Part shown: in pieces, positions 18,552 to 27,216 of the stretch
Layout: each line of letters starts with the position of its first letter
Numbering within the stretch: the first letter of the stretch is position 1
Assembly (NCBI GenBank): GCA_019747375.1
Contig: JAIEQX010000160.1
Span: forward strand, 1-42,680
DNA length: 42,680 bases
Source of the DNA: Beijerinckiaceae bacterium
GTDB lineage: Bacteria > Pseudomonadota > Alphaproteobacteria > Rhizobiales > Beijerinckiaceae
Direction: 5' to 3'
Position numbers and translations under genes: made by a program
The notes under the pieces: generated by a model
Seen by the model: only the letters and a program-made list of their open reading frames with translations
The model's database searches: none
What the model was told of the DNA's origin: nothing

Positions 18552-19481
18552 TCAACCGGCTTGCGGGCTCACGCGAAGCGCGGGGCGGCCAGTCCGCCTG
18601 CGCGCCAGAACCAGCAGGGCGGCCAAGGAGATCGCGCCTCCGGCGAATACGTCGACAAGATAGTGTCCGCCGATCGCCAGCGTCGATACGATGACGGCGC
18701 CGTTGAGGCCGATGGCGGGGGCGCACAGCCAGCGTCTGTTTGAAAGCGCCCACATCACGATGATCGCCAGCGCCGTGTGGAAGGATGGAAACGACACCAG
18801 TCCTTCCAGAGCGTCGAGCGGAATCTCCCGCAGGGAGCCGCTCCGGAGCTCGAGAAAATGCTCCAGATGCCAGCGACCGGCGGCCGGATCGGAAATGCCC
18901 GCCAGGAGCGCATCGGCAGGCTTGTGATACGCGTAGGCGCCAAGCGCCGGAACAAGGCCCGAGATCGCAATGACGGAAATGCCCGTGACGGCGAACAGGA
19001 GGCTGAAGGTTCTTATCCTCTCGACATCGCGCGCCGCCGCCAGCGCCAGGATCACGAACACGACCTGTGGCAGCGACGTCGCGTAGGCAAAGTTGAGCAG
19101 CGTGGCTAGCCACGGGCGTTCGGACACGAATGTGAGGTGCGCAATCCAGTCGAAGCCCAGGGCCGCATCTGCGGCGGCAAATGCGGCGTCGCGCAATGGC
19201 AGGCTCAGGCTGATCCAGAGGTAGCTGGCGATCGCGAGCGACAGGGTAAACAGAACAAGAAAACCAGCGGCTTCCAGCAACGCGGCCACGACTGGCTCCT
19301 GGCGGCGGCGCGCGTAATACCAGGCAGCCGCCACGGCAAGGACGCCAGCGGCGACCTTGACGATCAGGGGCGCCAACGGAACGCTTATGCCGAGGGTCAG
19401 GAGCATGACGGCGTCGATCCCCGCAATGCACAGCGTGAGAATCCATGCCGGACGCATCGTAGTCCGCTCCGTTCCGACCAT
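18552..19481 (-). CDS. PAP2-superfamily integral membrane enzyme (PAP2_3 / AUR1-like subtype)
   Basis: Multi-TM protein with DAALGFDW, LVPALGA, GLVSFPSFHTA and IGGHYLVDVFAG (PAP2 C2 and C3 motifs). Confidence 0.85.
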   Translation of the reverse strand: MVGTERTTMRPAWILTLCIAGIDAVMLLTLGISVPLAPLIVKVAAGVLAVAAAWYYARRRQEPVVAALLEAAGFLVLFTLSLAIASYLWISLSLPLRDAAFAAADAALGFDWIAHLTFVSERPWLATLLNFAYATSLPQVVFVILALAAARDVERIRTFSLLFAVTGISVIAISGLVPALGAYAYHKPADALLAGISDPAAGRWHLEHFLELRSGSLREIPLDALEGLVSFPSFHTALAIIVMWALSNRRWLCAPAIGLNGAVIVSTLAIGGHYLVDVFAGGAISLAALLVLARRRTGRPALRVSPQAG

Positions 19482-19672
19482 GTTCTGCCCCAGTTCGGGG
19501 CGGAACAGTAACTCAGGCTGGAAAACAGAATGTAAATGGCGGCCGGTCCACGACGTCTCGCTCTTTTCGATTAGGTCTAAGAGCTAAGATGCCGACCGTT
19601 GCCTTGAGCGCAGGACGGTCGCAAGAAGGGCCGCCGGCGGTTGACGTCGCACGGCGAGCTTGGGAGGGATCG

Positions 19673-21574
19673 ATGGCGAGCACTTACCCGCAAGTCTATG
19701 CCGCTTGGCAAAAGGACCCTTCGGCTTTCTGGGGCGAAGCCGCCAAGGCGATCGACTGGATTGAGGCCCCACGCCAGATTTTCGATGCAGAGCAGGGGCC
19801 TTATGGCCGCTGGTTCCCGGATGCGGTGTGCAACACCTGCTACAACGCCATCGACCGGCATGTCGCCAACGGCCGCGCCGATCAGCCCGCCATCATTTAC
19901 GACAGCCCCGTGGCTCATTCCAAGCGGGTCCTGACGTATGCGGACCTGCTCGCGGAAGTCAGCGCGCTGGCTGCGGTGCTGCAGGATTTCGGCGTCGAGA
20001 AAGGCGACCGCGTCATCGTCTATATGCCGATGATTCCGGAAGCGCTCGTTGGCATGCTGGCCTGTGCGCGGATCGGCGCGGTGCATTCGGTCGTGTTCGG
20101 CGGCTTTGCCGCCAAGGAACTGGCGACGCGCATCGACGACGCCAAGCCCAAACTCGTGCTGACGGCGTCCTGCGGCATCGAGCCGGGGCGCGTCGTCGCC
20201 TACAAGCCGCTGCTTGACGCGGCCATCGACATGGCCGGGACCAAGCCGGCGCATGTGCTGGTGCTGCCGCGTCCGCAGGCGCAGGCGATCATGATCGACG
20301 GGCGCGATCATGACTGGCGCGCCCTCGTGGATGCTGCGAAAGCCGCCGGTCGCGCCGCATCGTGCGTTCCCGTGAAGGCGACCGATCCGCTTTACATTCT
20401 CTATACCTCCGGCACGACCGGCATTCCCAAGGGCGTGGTGCGCGACAATGGCGGCCATATGGTTGCGCTCGCCTGGACGATGCCGAACCTGTATGGCGTG
20501 AAGCCCGGCGAAGTCTTCTGGTCGGCCTCCGACGTCGGCTGGGTGGTGGGGCACTCCTATATCGTTTACGGCCCGCTGCTGCACGGCGCGACGACGGTGG
20601 TGTACGAAGGCAAGCCGATCGGCACGCCGGACGCCGGCGCCTTCTGGCGCGTCATCGACGAATATGGCGTTGTCGTCCTGTTCACGGCGCCGACGGCGTT
20701 TCGGGCGATCCGCAAGGAAGATCCGGAAGCCAGGTTCCTGAAAGTTCATTCGACGAAGACGCTGCGCCATCTGTTTCTTGCGGGCGAGCGCGCGGATCCT
20801 GACACGGTCGCATGGGCCGAGCAGGTGCTGGGCGTGCCGGTGATCGATCATTGGTGGCAGACAGAGACAGGCTGGGGGATCGCGGGCAATCCCGTGGGGC
20901 TCGGCATGCTTCCGATCAAACATGGCTCGCCGACCGTTCCGCTTCCCGGTTACGACGTTCAGATCGTCGACGAGGCGGCAAAGCCGGTGCCGAACGGACA
21001 GATGGGCTCCATCGTCATCAAGCTGCCATTGCCGCCAGGATGTCTGCCGACGCTGTGGCAGCAGGACGCCCGCATGCGCGAAAGCTATCTCGATGATTTC
21101 CCGGGCTTCTACAAAACCGCAGACGCCGGTTTCAAGGATCAGGACGGATATTTGTACATCATGGGCCGGACTGACGACATCATCAACGTCGCCGGCCATC
21201 GCCTCTCGACAGGCGGCATGGAAGAGGTTCTGGCTTCGCATCCGGCGGTTGCGGAATGCGCCGTCATCGGCATGAAGGATGAGTTGAAGGGCGAGCAGCC
21301 GTGCGGTTTCGTGGTGTTGAAATCCGGCGTCACGACATCGCCCTTGCAGATCGAGAAGGAGATCGTCGCGCTGGTGCGGGAGAAGATCGGGCCGGTGGCG
21401 GCATTCAAGATCGCCATCACGGTCAATCGCTTGCCGAAAACGCGCTCGGGCAAAATTCTGCGCGGCACGATGAAGAAGATTGCGGACGGCGACGAATGGT
21501 CGACGCCCGCCACCATCGACGATCCTGCCATCCTCGACGAGATCGCCGCGGCCCTGCAGCACAAGGGTTTCTGA
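19673..21574 (+). CDS. prpE: Propionyl-CoA synthetase (acetate/propionate-CoA ligase family)
   Basis: GGAGG RBS before ATG 19673. YILYTSGTTGIPKGVVRDNGGH, SDVGWVVGHSYIVYGPL, DHWWQTETGW, GHRLSTG, LPKTRSGKILRG. Confidence 0.9.
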   Translation: MASTYPQVYAAWQKDPSAFWGEAAKAIDWIEAPRQIFDAEQGPYGRWFPDAVCNTCYNAIDRHVANGRADQPAIIYDSPVAHSKRVLTYADLLAEVSALAAVLQDFGVEKGDRVIVYMPMIPEALVGMLACARIGAVHSVVFGGFAAKELATRIDDAKPKLVLTASCGIEPGRVVAYKPLLDAAIDMAGTKPAHVLVLPRPQAQAIMIDGRDHDWRALVDAAKAAGRAASCVPVKATDPLYILYTSGTTGIPKGVVRDNGGHMVALAWTMPNLYGVKPGEVFWSASDVGWVVGHSYIVYGPLLHGATTVVYEGKPIGTPDAGAFWRVIDEYGVVVLFTAPTAFRAIRKEDPEARFLKVHSTKTLRHLFLAGERADPDTVAWAEQVLGVPVIDHWWQTETGWGIAGNPVGLGMLPIKHGSPTVPLPGYDVQIVDEAAKPVPNGQMGSIVIKLPLPPGCLPTLWQQDARMRESYLDDFPGFYKTADAGFKDQDGYLYIMGRTDDIINVAGHRLSTGGMEEVLASHPAVAECAVIGMKDELKGEQPCGFVVLKSGVTTSPLQIEKEIVALVREKIGPVAAFKIAITVNRLPKTRSGKILRGTMKKIADGDEWSTPATIDDPAILDEIAAALQHKGF

Positions 21575-21619
21575 GCAAGGGCGCCGTCCGGGTCGCCCTG
21601 TCGGGCCTCCCAGGCGGCG

Positions 21620-23311
21620 TCAGCTTTTCGTCAATTCGTCCCGCAGTTCGCGGCGGAGGATTTTCCCGACATTTGTCTTCGGCAAGGCGTCGCGGAATTC
21701 GATGTTGCGCGGAACTTTGTAGCCCGTGAGATTTTCGCGGCACCACGCACGAAGCTCTGCTTCCGTCAGATCCGGGTCGCGGGCCACCACGAAAGCGTTG
21801 ACGGATTCTCCGGAATGCTGATCCGGAACGCCCACGACAGCCGCTTCGGCGACCTTCGGATGGCTCGCCAGAACATCTTCGACTTCGTTCGGATAGACGT
21901 TGAAACCCGAGACGAGGATCATGTCCTTGATGCGATCTACAATTCGCACCTTGCCATCGGGATCGAGGACGCCGACGTCGCCCGTCCTGAAATAGCCGTC
22001 CGCCGTGAAGGCTTTCTTTGTTTCCTCTGGCTGATTCCAGTAACCCGCCATCACCTGGGGACCCTTGACGCAGAGTTCGCCGGCCGAGCCGATGGGCAAG
22101 ACGGCGCCGTCGGGACCGCGGATCGAAACGTCAGTGGAGGGCATCGGGTAGCCGATCGATCCTGTAAACTCGGTAATGTCCAGGCGGTTGACGCAGACGA
22201 CGGGAGACGTCTCCGACAGGCCATAACCTTCAATGATCGGATGCCCGGTGACTTCTTTCCACCGGTGCGCGACAGCGGCTTGCGTCGCCATGCCGCCGCT
22301 GATGCAGATCGAGAGTTGTGAGAAGTCGACCGTCTTGATGTCGCTGCGCGAGGCGAGCGCATTCGCCAGCGTATTGACCACCACGATCATGGTCATTTTG
22401 ACGGATTTGATCGTCTTGATGAAGGCTGGAAGATCGCGAGGATTTGGGATGAGCACCTGACAGCCGCCGATCTTGGCGACGAAGAGGCAGCAGGCCGTCA
22501 AGGCCAGGATGTGGTACAGCGGCAGCGCCGTGATCATCACATGATCGGGACGATCTCCCGCGAAGGAGCGTAGCCAAGCGTCGCATTGAGAGACGTTTGC
22601 GACAATGTTGCGATGTAGCAGAATCGCGCCCTTGGCGCGTCCCGTCGTGCCACCCGTGTATTGCAGGAAGGCGGGATCGTCGGGACCGATTTCCACCGGC
22701 TGGAATTTGGCATGGCGTGCGAAACGCATGAAGTTGGCGAAGCGGATCGTCGCGGGCAGATGATAGCGGGGGACGTTCTTCTTGATGAGGCGCGACACGA
22801 GATTGACCAGCAGTCCCTTCATGCCGATCAGGTCGCCGGGCGACGCGATAATCGCCATTTCGAGCGTCAGGTCCGGCAGGGCCTCCTGCACCGTATGGGC
22901 AAAATTCTCGAGCACGAACAAAACGCGCGCGCCGGAATCGTTGAGCTGATAGGTGAGCTCCCGCGCCGTATAGAGCGGGTTTACGTTGACCACCACATAG
23001 CCGCCCATGAGAATTCCGAAGAGCACAGCCGGATAGGCCATGACGTTCGGCATCATGATGGCGACACGGTCCCCTTTTTTGAGGCCGAACCGCTGCAGGC
23101 CGATGGCGACATCCTCGGCATGTTTGCGCAGGGTCGCGTAATCGATCCGCACGCCGAAGCTTTCGACCGCCGGCCGGTTTGCGAAGTCACTGGCGCTCTT
23201 GTTGAAAATGTCGGCAATGGTTTCGGCCGAGGTCTCGTCGATCCTGTGCGGCACTCCGTCGGGATAGTTGGCGAGCCAAGGCCGTGGCGGCTCTTCCATC
23301 TTATCCTGCAT
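21620..23311 (-). CDS. fadD: Long-chain fatty acid-CoA ligase
   Basis: PWLANYPDGVP, FLQYTGGTTGRAKGA, EGYGLSETSP, FRTGDVG, ILVSGFNVYPNEVE, LPKTNVGKILRRELR. GGGGA RBS before ATG 23311. Confidence 0.9.
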   Translation of the reverse strand: MQDKMEEPPRPWLANYPDGVPHRIDETSAETIADIFNKSASDFANRPAVESFGVRIDYATLRKHAEDVAIGLQRFGLKKGDRVAIMMPNVMAYPAVLFGILMGGYVVVNVNPLYTARELTYQLNDSGARVLFVLENFAHTVQEALPDLTLEMAIIASPGDLIGMKGLLVNLVSRLIKKNVPRYHLPATIRFANFMRFARHAKFQPVEIGPDDPAFLQYTGGTTGRAKGAILLHRNIVANVSQCDAWLRSFAGDRPDHVMITALPLYHILALTACCLFVAKIGGCQVLIPNPRDLPAFIKTIKSVKMTMIVVVNTLANALASRSDIKTVDFSQLSICISGGMATQAAVAHRWKEVTGHPIIEGYGLSETSPVVCVNRLDITEFTGSIGYPMPSTDVSIRGPDGAVLPIGSAGELCVKGPQVMAGYWNQPEETKKAFTADGYFRTGDVGVLDPDGKVRIVDRIKDMILVSGFNVYPNEVEDVLASHPKVAEAAVVGVPDQHSGESVNAFVVARDPDLTEAELRAWCRENLTGYKVPRNIEFRDALPKTNVGKILRRELRDELTKS

Positions 23312-23467
23312 CGTTTCCCCCAAAATGATCGCGGGGCGCATGCGCGCCCTCGTTCGTGAAGCGTTGCTGCTCGCGCTTCAGTCAGAACTCAAGCATCGCA
23401 TTCGGGCGCGGCGCCTGCAATCGCGCCGCGCGTCGTAATTGGTAGTGCGTCATGGACGCCACTCCCG

Positions 23468-24178
23468 TCAGTCTTCGGTCTTGAGACCCTTGAGTTTGCC
23501 GAAGACGGAGTCGAGATCGATTTCCTCTTCCTGCTCGCGCTGGGGAGCCGGAGTGGAGCCGAAGACCTCCTGCTGGGTGACCGGAGCGCGCGGCGCGGTC
23601 GTGATCTCGGCGGGGACGAGCGTCGCACCATGATCGTCGGCCTGCGCCGGGCGGTCCTTGGCGGCGCGATTCACTTCGAGATCGAGATCAAGCTGCGAGC
23701 AGAGGCCGAGCGTCACCGGATCCATCGGCGCGAGGGCGGCCGAGTTCCAATGCGTGCGTTCGCGGATGGCCTGCAGCGTTGTCTTGGTGGTCCCGACGAG
23801 GCGCATGATTTGCGCGTCCTTCAGCTCCGGATGATTGCGAACCAGCCAGAGAATGGCGTTCGGCCGGTCCTGACGCCGCGACAGTGGCGTATACCGCGGG
23901 CCGCGCTGCTTTTTCGGCTCCGGGAGGCGGACCTTGGAGACCGCCAGGTTCAGGCGGTAGTCGGTATTGCCCTCGCCCTTGGCGATTTCTTCACGGGTCA
24001 ACTGACCCGATGTGATCGGGTCGTGGCCCTTGATGCCTGCCGCGACCTCGCCATCCGCAATGCCCTTGACCTCTAGCGGATGCAATTTGCAGAAGTCGGC
24101 TATCTGATCGAAGGTGAGCGAGGTATTTTCCACCAGCCACACGGCCGTGGCCTTGGGCATCAATGGCGCATTGCTCAT
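23468..24178 (-). CDS. trcR: DUF1013 family protein (TrcR, RNA polymerase-associated cell-cycle regulator)
   Basis: PLMPKATAVWLVENTSLTFDQIADFC.LHPLEVKGIADG, PRYTPLSRRQDRPNAILWL, IRERTHWN, PMDPVTLGLCSQ. AGGAGA RBS. Confidence 0.88.
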   Translation of the reverse strand: MSNAPLMPKATAVWLVENTSLTFDQIADFCKLHPLEVKGIADGEVAAGIKGHDPITSGQLTREEIAKGEGNTDYRLNLAVSKVRLPEPKKQRGPRYTPLSRRQDRPNAILWLVRNHPELKDAQIMRLVGTTKTTLQAIRERTHWNSAALAPMDPVTLGLCSQLDLDLEVNRAAKDRPAQADDHGATLVPAEITTAPRAPVTQQEVFGSTPAPQREQEEEIDLDSVFGKLKGLKTED

Positions 24179-24295
24179 CGTTCTCTCCTGTTCGCGACAT
24201 CCGGGCGGCGCGAGCAAATTTCGGACGTGCGCCGTCCGGCTCCGGCCCGGCCGAGGCCAAGCCTCACATCGCACATCCATGACGGGAATGGGCGG

Positions 24296-24324
24296 AATAT
24301 AAGCTCATGACGCGCCGAACGCAA
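24296..24324 (-). promoter_or_regulatory. Sigma-70-type promoter for trcR
   Basis: The minus strand reads TTGCGT-N17-TATATT, about 120 nt upstream of the start. Confidence 0.55.
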
Positions 24325-24352
24325 TAAACTTGCAGGTCCGGCCAGCCTGATC

Positions 24353-25369
24353 TCAACCGTTGGACGCAACCCTCAACACGATTTTTCCGATATGGGCCGA
24401 GGATTCCATGCGCGCATGCGCCCTGGATGCTTCGGCAAGCGGAAAGGTCGCGTCGATGATCGGGCGAAACTCACCGCCAGCCAGCAGCGGCCAGACCCGT
24501 TCTTCGAGCTCTCGGGCGATCAAGGCTTTCTGGGCCGGAGTGCGTGGCCGCAAAGTGGAGCCTGTATGGGTCAGGCGTTTGGCCGAGAGGGGCCGAAGGT
24601 CGAGCGAAGGGATTTTGTAGCCTTCCATGAAGGCGATCTGGACAATCCTGCCCTCGACAGCGGCTGCCTCGTAATTGCGCTGCACATAGGAGCCGCCGAC
24701 CATGTCCAGGATGACATCGGCGCCGCGTCCGCCGGTCATCTCCTTGGTTTCGACAACGAAATCCTGGTTTCTGTAATTGATCGCGTGATCGGCTCCGAGG
24801 CTCAGGATGGCGGCGCATTTTTCCGCTGATCCTGCGGTGGCGATCACCGTGGCGCCAAAGGCCTTGCCGAGCATGATCGCTGTCGTGCCAATCCCAGACG
24901 AGCCGCCATGAACGAGGAGGGTTTCGCCAGGGGCCAGGTGGCCACGCTGGAAGACATTGGTCCAGACGGTGAAAAAGGTTTCAGGCAAGGCCGCGGCCTC
25001 GACCATGGAAAGGCCGTCGGGAACCGGCAGGGCGTTGCTTTCATCCACCACGCAAAATTCGGCATAGCCGCCCCCCGCCACCAATGCGCAAACCTTGTCG
25101 CCAAGTGCGAAGCGGGCAGCGCTTTCTCCCAGGGCTGCGACGACCCCGGCGATTTCCAGGCCCGGAATATCTTGCGGAGCGCCAGCGGGGGGCGGGTACT
25201 TGCCCTGTCGCTGGGATACGTCCGGGCGGTTGACGCCGGCAGCCTCGACGCGGACCAGGATTTCGCCGGCGCCCGGCGTCGGCACGGGGCGGGTCTGCGG
25301 AACAAGCGCTTCCGGGCCTCCGGGAGCCGGAATTACAATCGCAGTCATTTTCGCGGGAAGTTTGCTCAT
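24353..25369 (-). CDS. NAD(P)H-quinone oxidoreductase, PIG3 family
   Basis: AAGVNRPDVSQRQGKYPPP, PGLEIAG, LPETFFTVWTNVF, LVHGGSSGIGT, GSTLRPR, HIGKIVL. Start trimmed to ATG 25369. Confidence 0.92.
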   Translation of the reverse strand: MSKLPAKMTAIVIPAPGGPEALVPQTRPVPTPGAGEILVRVEAAGVNRPDVSQRQGKYPPPAGAPQDIPGLEIAGVVAALGESAARFALGDKVCALVAGGGYAEFCVVDESNALPVPDGLSMVEAAALPETFFTVWTNVFQRGHLAPGETLLVHGGSSGIGTTAIMLGKAFGATVIATAGSAEKCAAILSLGADHAINYRNQDFVVETKEMTGGRGADVILDMVGGSYVQRNYEAAAVEGRIVQIAFMEGYKIPSLDLRPLSAKRLTHTGSTLRPRTPAQKALIARELEERVWPLLAGGEFRPIIDATFPLAEASRAHARMESSAHIGKIVLRVASNG

Positions 25370-25483
25370 CGGTCTTGTCCGGTTCCGGAGAGGCGTCAGC
25401 CCATTTCGTAACACATGTTCGATCGCGGGACATGACAGGCCAAACGGCGCTTTGGTAGCATCCGCAAAGGGGAGGAGCCCGCT

Positions 25484-25690
25484 ATGGCAAACATGGATGA
25501 AGATCCGTTCGCAACGCGCGTTCGCAAGGTCGTCACGACGCATGAGGTCGGTCAGCCTCTCGATACCCTGTCGGTGAGCGAACTCGAGGACAGGATCGCC
25601 CTCCTGCAGGGCGAAATTCTCCGGCTGGAGGCGACGCGCGACGAGAAGGCTGCGTCCAAGAAGGCCGCTGACGCGTTCTTCAAATCCTGA
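25484..25690 (+). CDS. DUF1192 family small protein
   Basis: HEVGQPLDTLSVSELEDRIALLQGEILRLE...KAASKKAADAFFKS, with a GGAGGAG RBS. Confidence 0.88.
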   Translation: MANMDEDPFATRVRKVVTTHEVGQPLDTLSVSELEDRIALLQGEILRLEATRDEKAASKKAADAFFKS

Positions 25691-25819
25691 TCCCCCGGAA
25701 CGTGACATTTTGCCAATTCTGTCTCGCGTCCGCAGGGTTCAGAGGGCGCTCGCCCCAGAATCGCCGCTTCTCTGGCGCGCCCTGATGCGGCGTCGAGCGC
25801 CTGGACACGGGAGGCGAAC

Positions 25820-26035
25820 ATGGCCCGAAAGTTCATCGATTGTCGTGAGTTCCCCAGTGAGAAGAAGTGCACTGTCGCGCTTTCGGCCGATAGTGAGGCC
25901 GAATTACTGGAGGCTGCCGTCCAGCATGCTGTCGCTGTCCACGGTCATCTCGATGGCGAGGATTTGCGCGGCGCTCTCAGGAAGTGCATGCATGACGGAA
26001 CGCCGCTGGCGGACTGGCCGGGGCGAGCCGACTAA
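25820..26035 (+). CDS. DUF1059 family predicted small metal-binding protein
   Basis: MARKFIDCREFPSEKKCTVALSADSEAELLEAAVQHAVAVHGH (two Cys and a His cluster), with a GGAGG RBS. Confidence 0.85.
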   Translation: MARKFIDCREFPSEKKCTVALSADSEAELLEAAVQHAVAVHGHLDGEDLRGALRKCMHDGTPLADWPGRAD

Positions 26036-26060
26036 GCGGGGTCTGGCGAAGTCGTTAACC

Positions 26061-26076
26061 TTAACGACAGCTTAAC
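26061..26076 (+). promoter_or_regulatory. Consensus CtrA box upstream of rcdA
   Basis: TTAA-CGACAGC-TTAAC is an exact TTAA-N7-TTAAC match; an extra TTAACC half-site lies at 26055-26060. Confidence 0.8.
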
Positions 26077-26179
26077 GAGCGGCGGCGAGCGATTGGCGCT
26101 AGGATTGCTCCATCTGCGGTGAGGTCCGGTCCTGTCTTTTTTTGGAGCAGTCCGGGCCGACACGATGTGGAGGGCCAAG

Positions 26180-26698
26180 ATGTTGCAGCAGTTCAAGAGC
26201 ACGGATCAGAATACGGTGTCGTTCGGCCACAGGCTGGCGGCGTCGGACGCCTTCAAGGCTCTTTTCCGTGAGGGAATGCTGCTCGTCGAGGAATCCGCCG
26301 CCTATCTGGACGGCGCGGGCAGAAAGGATGCCCGGATCCTCTCCCGCGGGGACGCTCTCGCCTATGCCTCTGAAAGCATGCGGCTGACGACGCGGCTCAT
26401 GCAACTTGCCTCCTGGTTGCTGCTGCAACGTGCGGTCAACGAGGGCGAGATGACGCAGGTGCAGGCCAGCGCCGACAAGCACAAGGTAGCGCTGTCGCGT
26501 CAGGAACTGGCGTCGTCGCCTGAAGCCTTCGCGCGTCTTCCGGCGCGGCTTCAGGAACTCGCCTTGCAGTCGCAGCGGCTGCAGGCTCGCGTCATGCACC
26601 TCGACCGCCTCATCTATGGGGCTGAGCTTGAGTCCGCGGCTCCGGTCGTGCTTGGACAGATCGAAAGCCTGCGGGCTGCTTTCGAAGTCCGTATCTGA
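26180..26698 (+). CDS. rcdA: DUF1465 protease adaptor RcdA (regulator of CtrA degradation)
   Basis: FKALFREGMLLVEESAAYLDGAGR, YASESMRLTTRLMQLASWLLLQRAVNEGEM, LPARLQEL. GGAGG RBS before ATG 26180. Confidence 0.9.
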   Translation: MLQQFKSTDQNTVSFGHRLAASDAFKALFREGMLLVEESAAYLDGAGRKDARILSRGDALAYASESMRLTTRLMQLASWLLLQRAVNEGEMTQVQASADKHKVALSRQELASSPEAFARLPARLQELALQSQRLQARVMHLDRLIYGAELESAAPVVLGQIESLRAAFEVRI

Positions 26699-26722
26699 GG
26701 CCTTCCAATCCGTCACCTAACG

Positions 26723-26750
26723 AAAAAACCCGGCGCAAGCCGGGTTTTTT
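26723..26750. terminator. Bidirectional intrinsic terminator between rcdA and rpmE
   Basis: Perfect AAAAAACCCGGC-GCAA-GCCGGGTTTTTT with a GNRA loop, between convergent genes. Confidence 0.92.
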
Positions 26751-26801
26751 GATTGTCGCCTCCGGCAAAGGAGACGAGACGGGCGCGGCGCCCGCCGCGA
26801 C

Positions 26802-27035
26802 TTACTTCTTGGCGCCGAGGCCGATGGCGCCGAAGCGCGAATTGAACTTCGACAGTCGTCCGCCGCGGTCGAGCAGCTGCTGGGAGCCGCCGGTCCAGGC
26901 CGGATGGGTGTTCGGATCGATGTCGAGGTTCAGGGTGTCGCCTTCCTTGCCCATCGTCGAACGGGTCGTGTATTCCGTTCCATTGGTCAGGACGACCTTG
27001 ATGAAATGGTAGTGCGGATGGATGTCGGCCTTCAT
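26802..27035 (-). CDS. rpmE: 50S ribosomal protein L31 (Cys-free form)
   Basis: [10 protein letters not shown]...TEYTTRST...[16 protein letters not shown]...[12 protein letters not shown], 77 aa. Confidence 0.96.
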   Translation of the reverse strand: MKADIHPHYHFIKVVLTNGTEYTTRSTMGKEGDTLNLDIDPNTHPAWTGGSQQLLDRGGRLSKFNSRFGAIGLGAKK

Positions 27036-27141
27036 CGTCTCGGTTCCTTCGACGGTGCATGCACCGGGATTTTGCGGCGGGGACGCGACGGAGCGCAGGA
27101 CGCGGCCGCGAAAACTTCCTTCCCGATGTCGGGGTTGCGCC

Positions 27142-27170
27142 CCTATAACGCAGGCGGCGCGCCGAGACAA
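27142..27170 (-). promoter_or_regulatory. Sigma-70-type promoter for rpmE
   Basis: The minus strand reads TTGTCT-N17-TATAGG. Confidence 0.5.
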
Positions 27171-27216
27171 GGTGTAAGGGTCCGGACAATGGGCCGGGAG
27201 AGGTTTAGAGCACAAC

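Noticed and set aside
19577-21562. 661-aa minus-strand ORF almost exactly antisense to prpE (similar cases: 846-1724, 12232-13527, 34556-36130, 39993-41165)
   Set aside because: Shadow ORFs expected from GC-rich codon bias. They have no recognisable motifs and overlap well-supported genes on the opposite strand.
24353-25708. Long N-terminal extensions in the ORF track (quinone oxidoreductase, purK, rpmE, Sel1 protein, gapR, trcR)
   Set aside because: Artefacts of choosing the farthest start codon. Downstream starts match family N-termini and RBS positions, and several extensions overlap real genes.
26802-27035. Cys-free L31 as a zinc-starvation paralogue
   Set aside because: The Cys-free form is the normal alphaproteobacterial L31; there is no adjacent L36 paralogue or evident Zur box.
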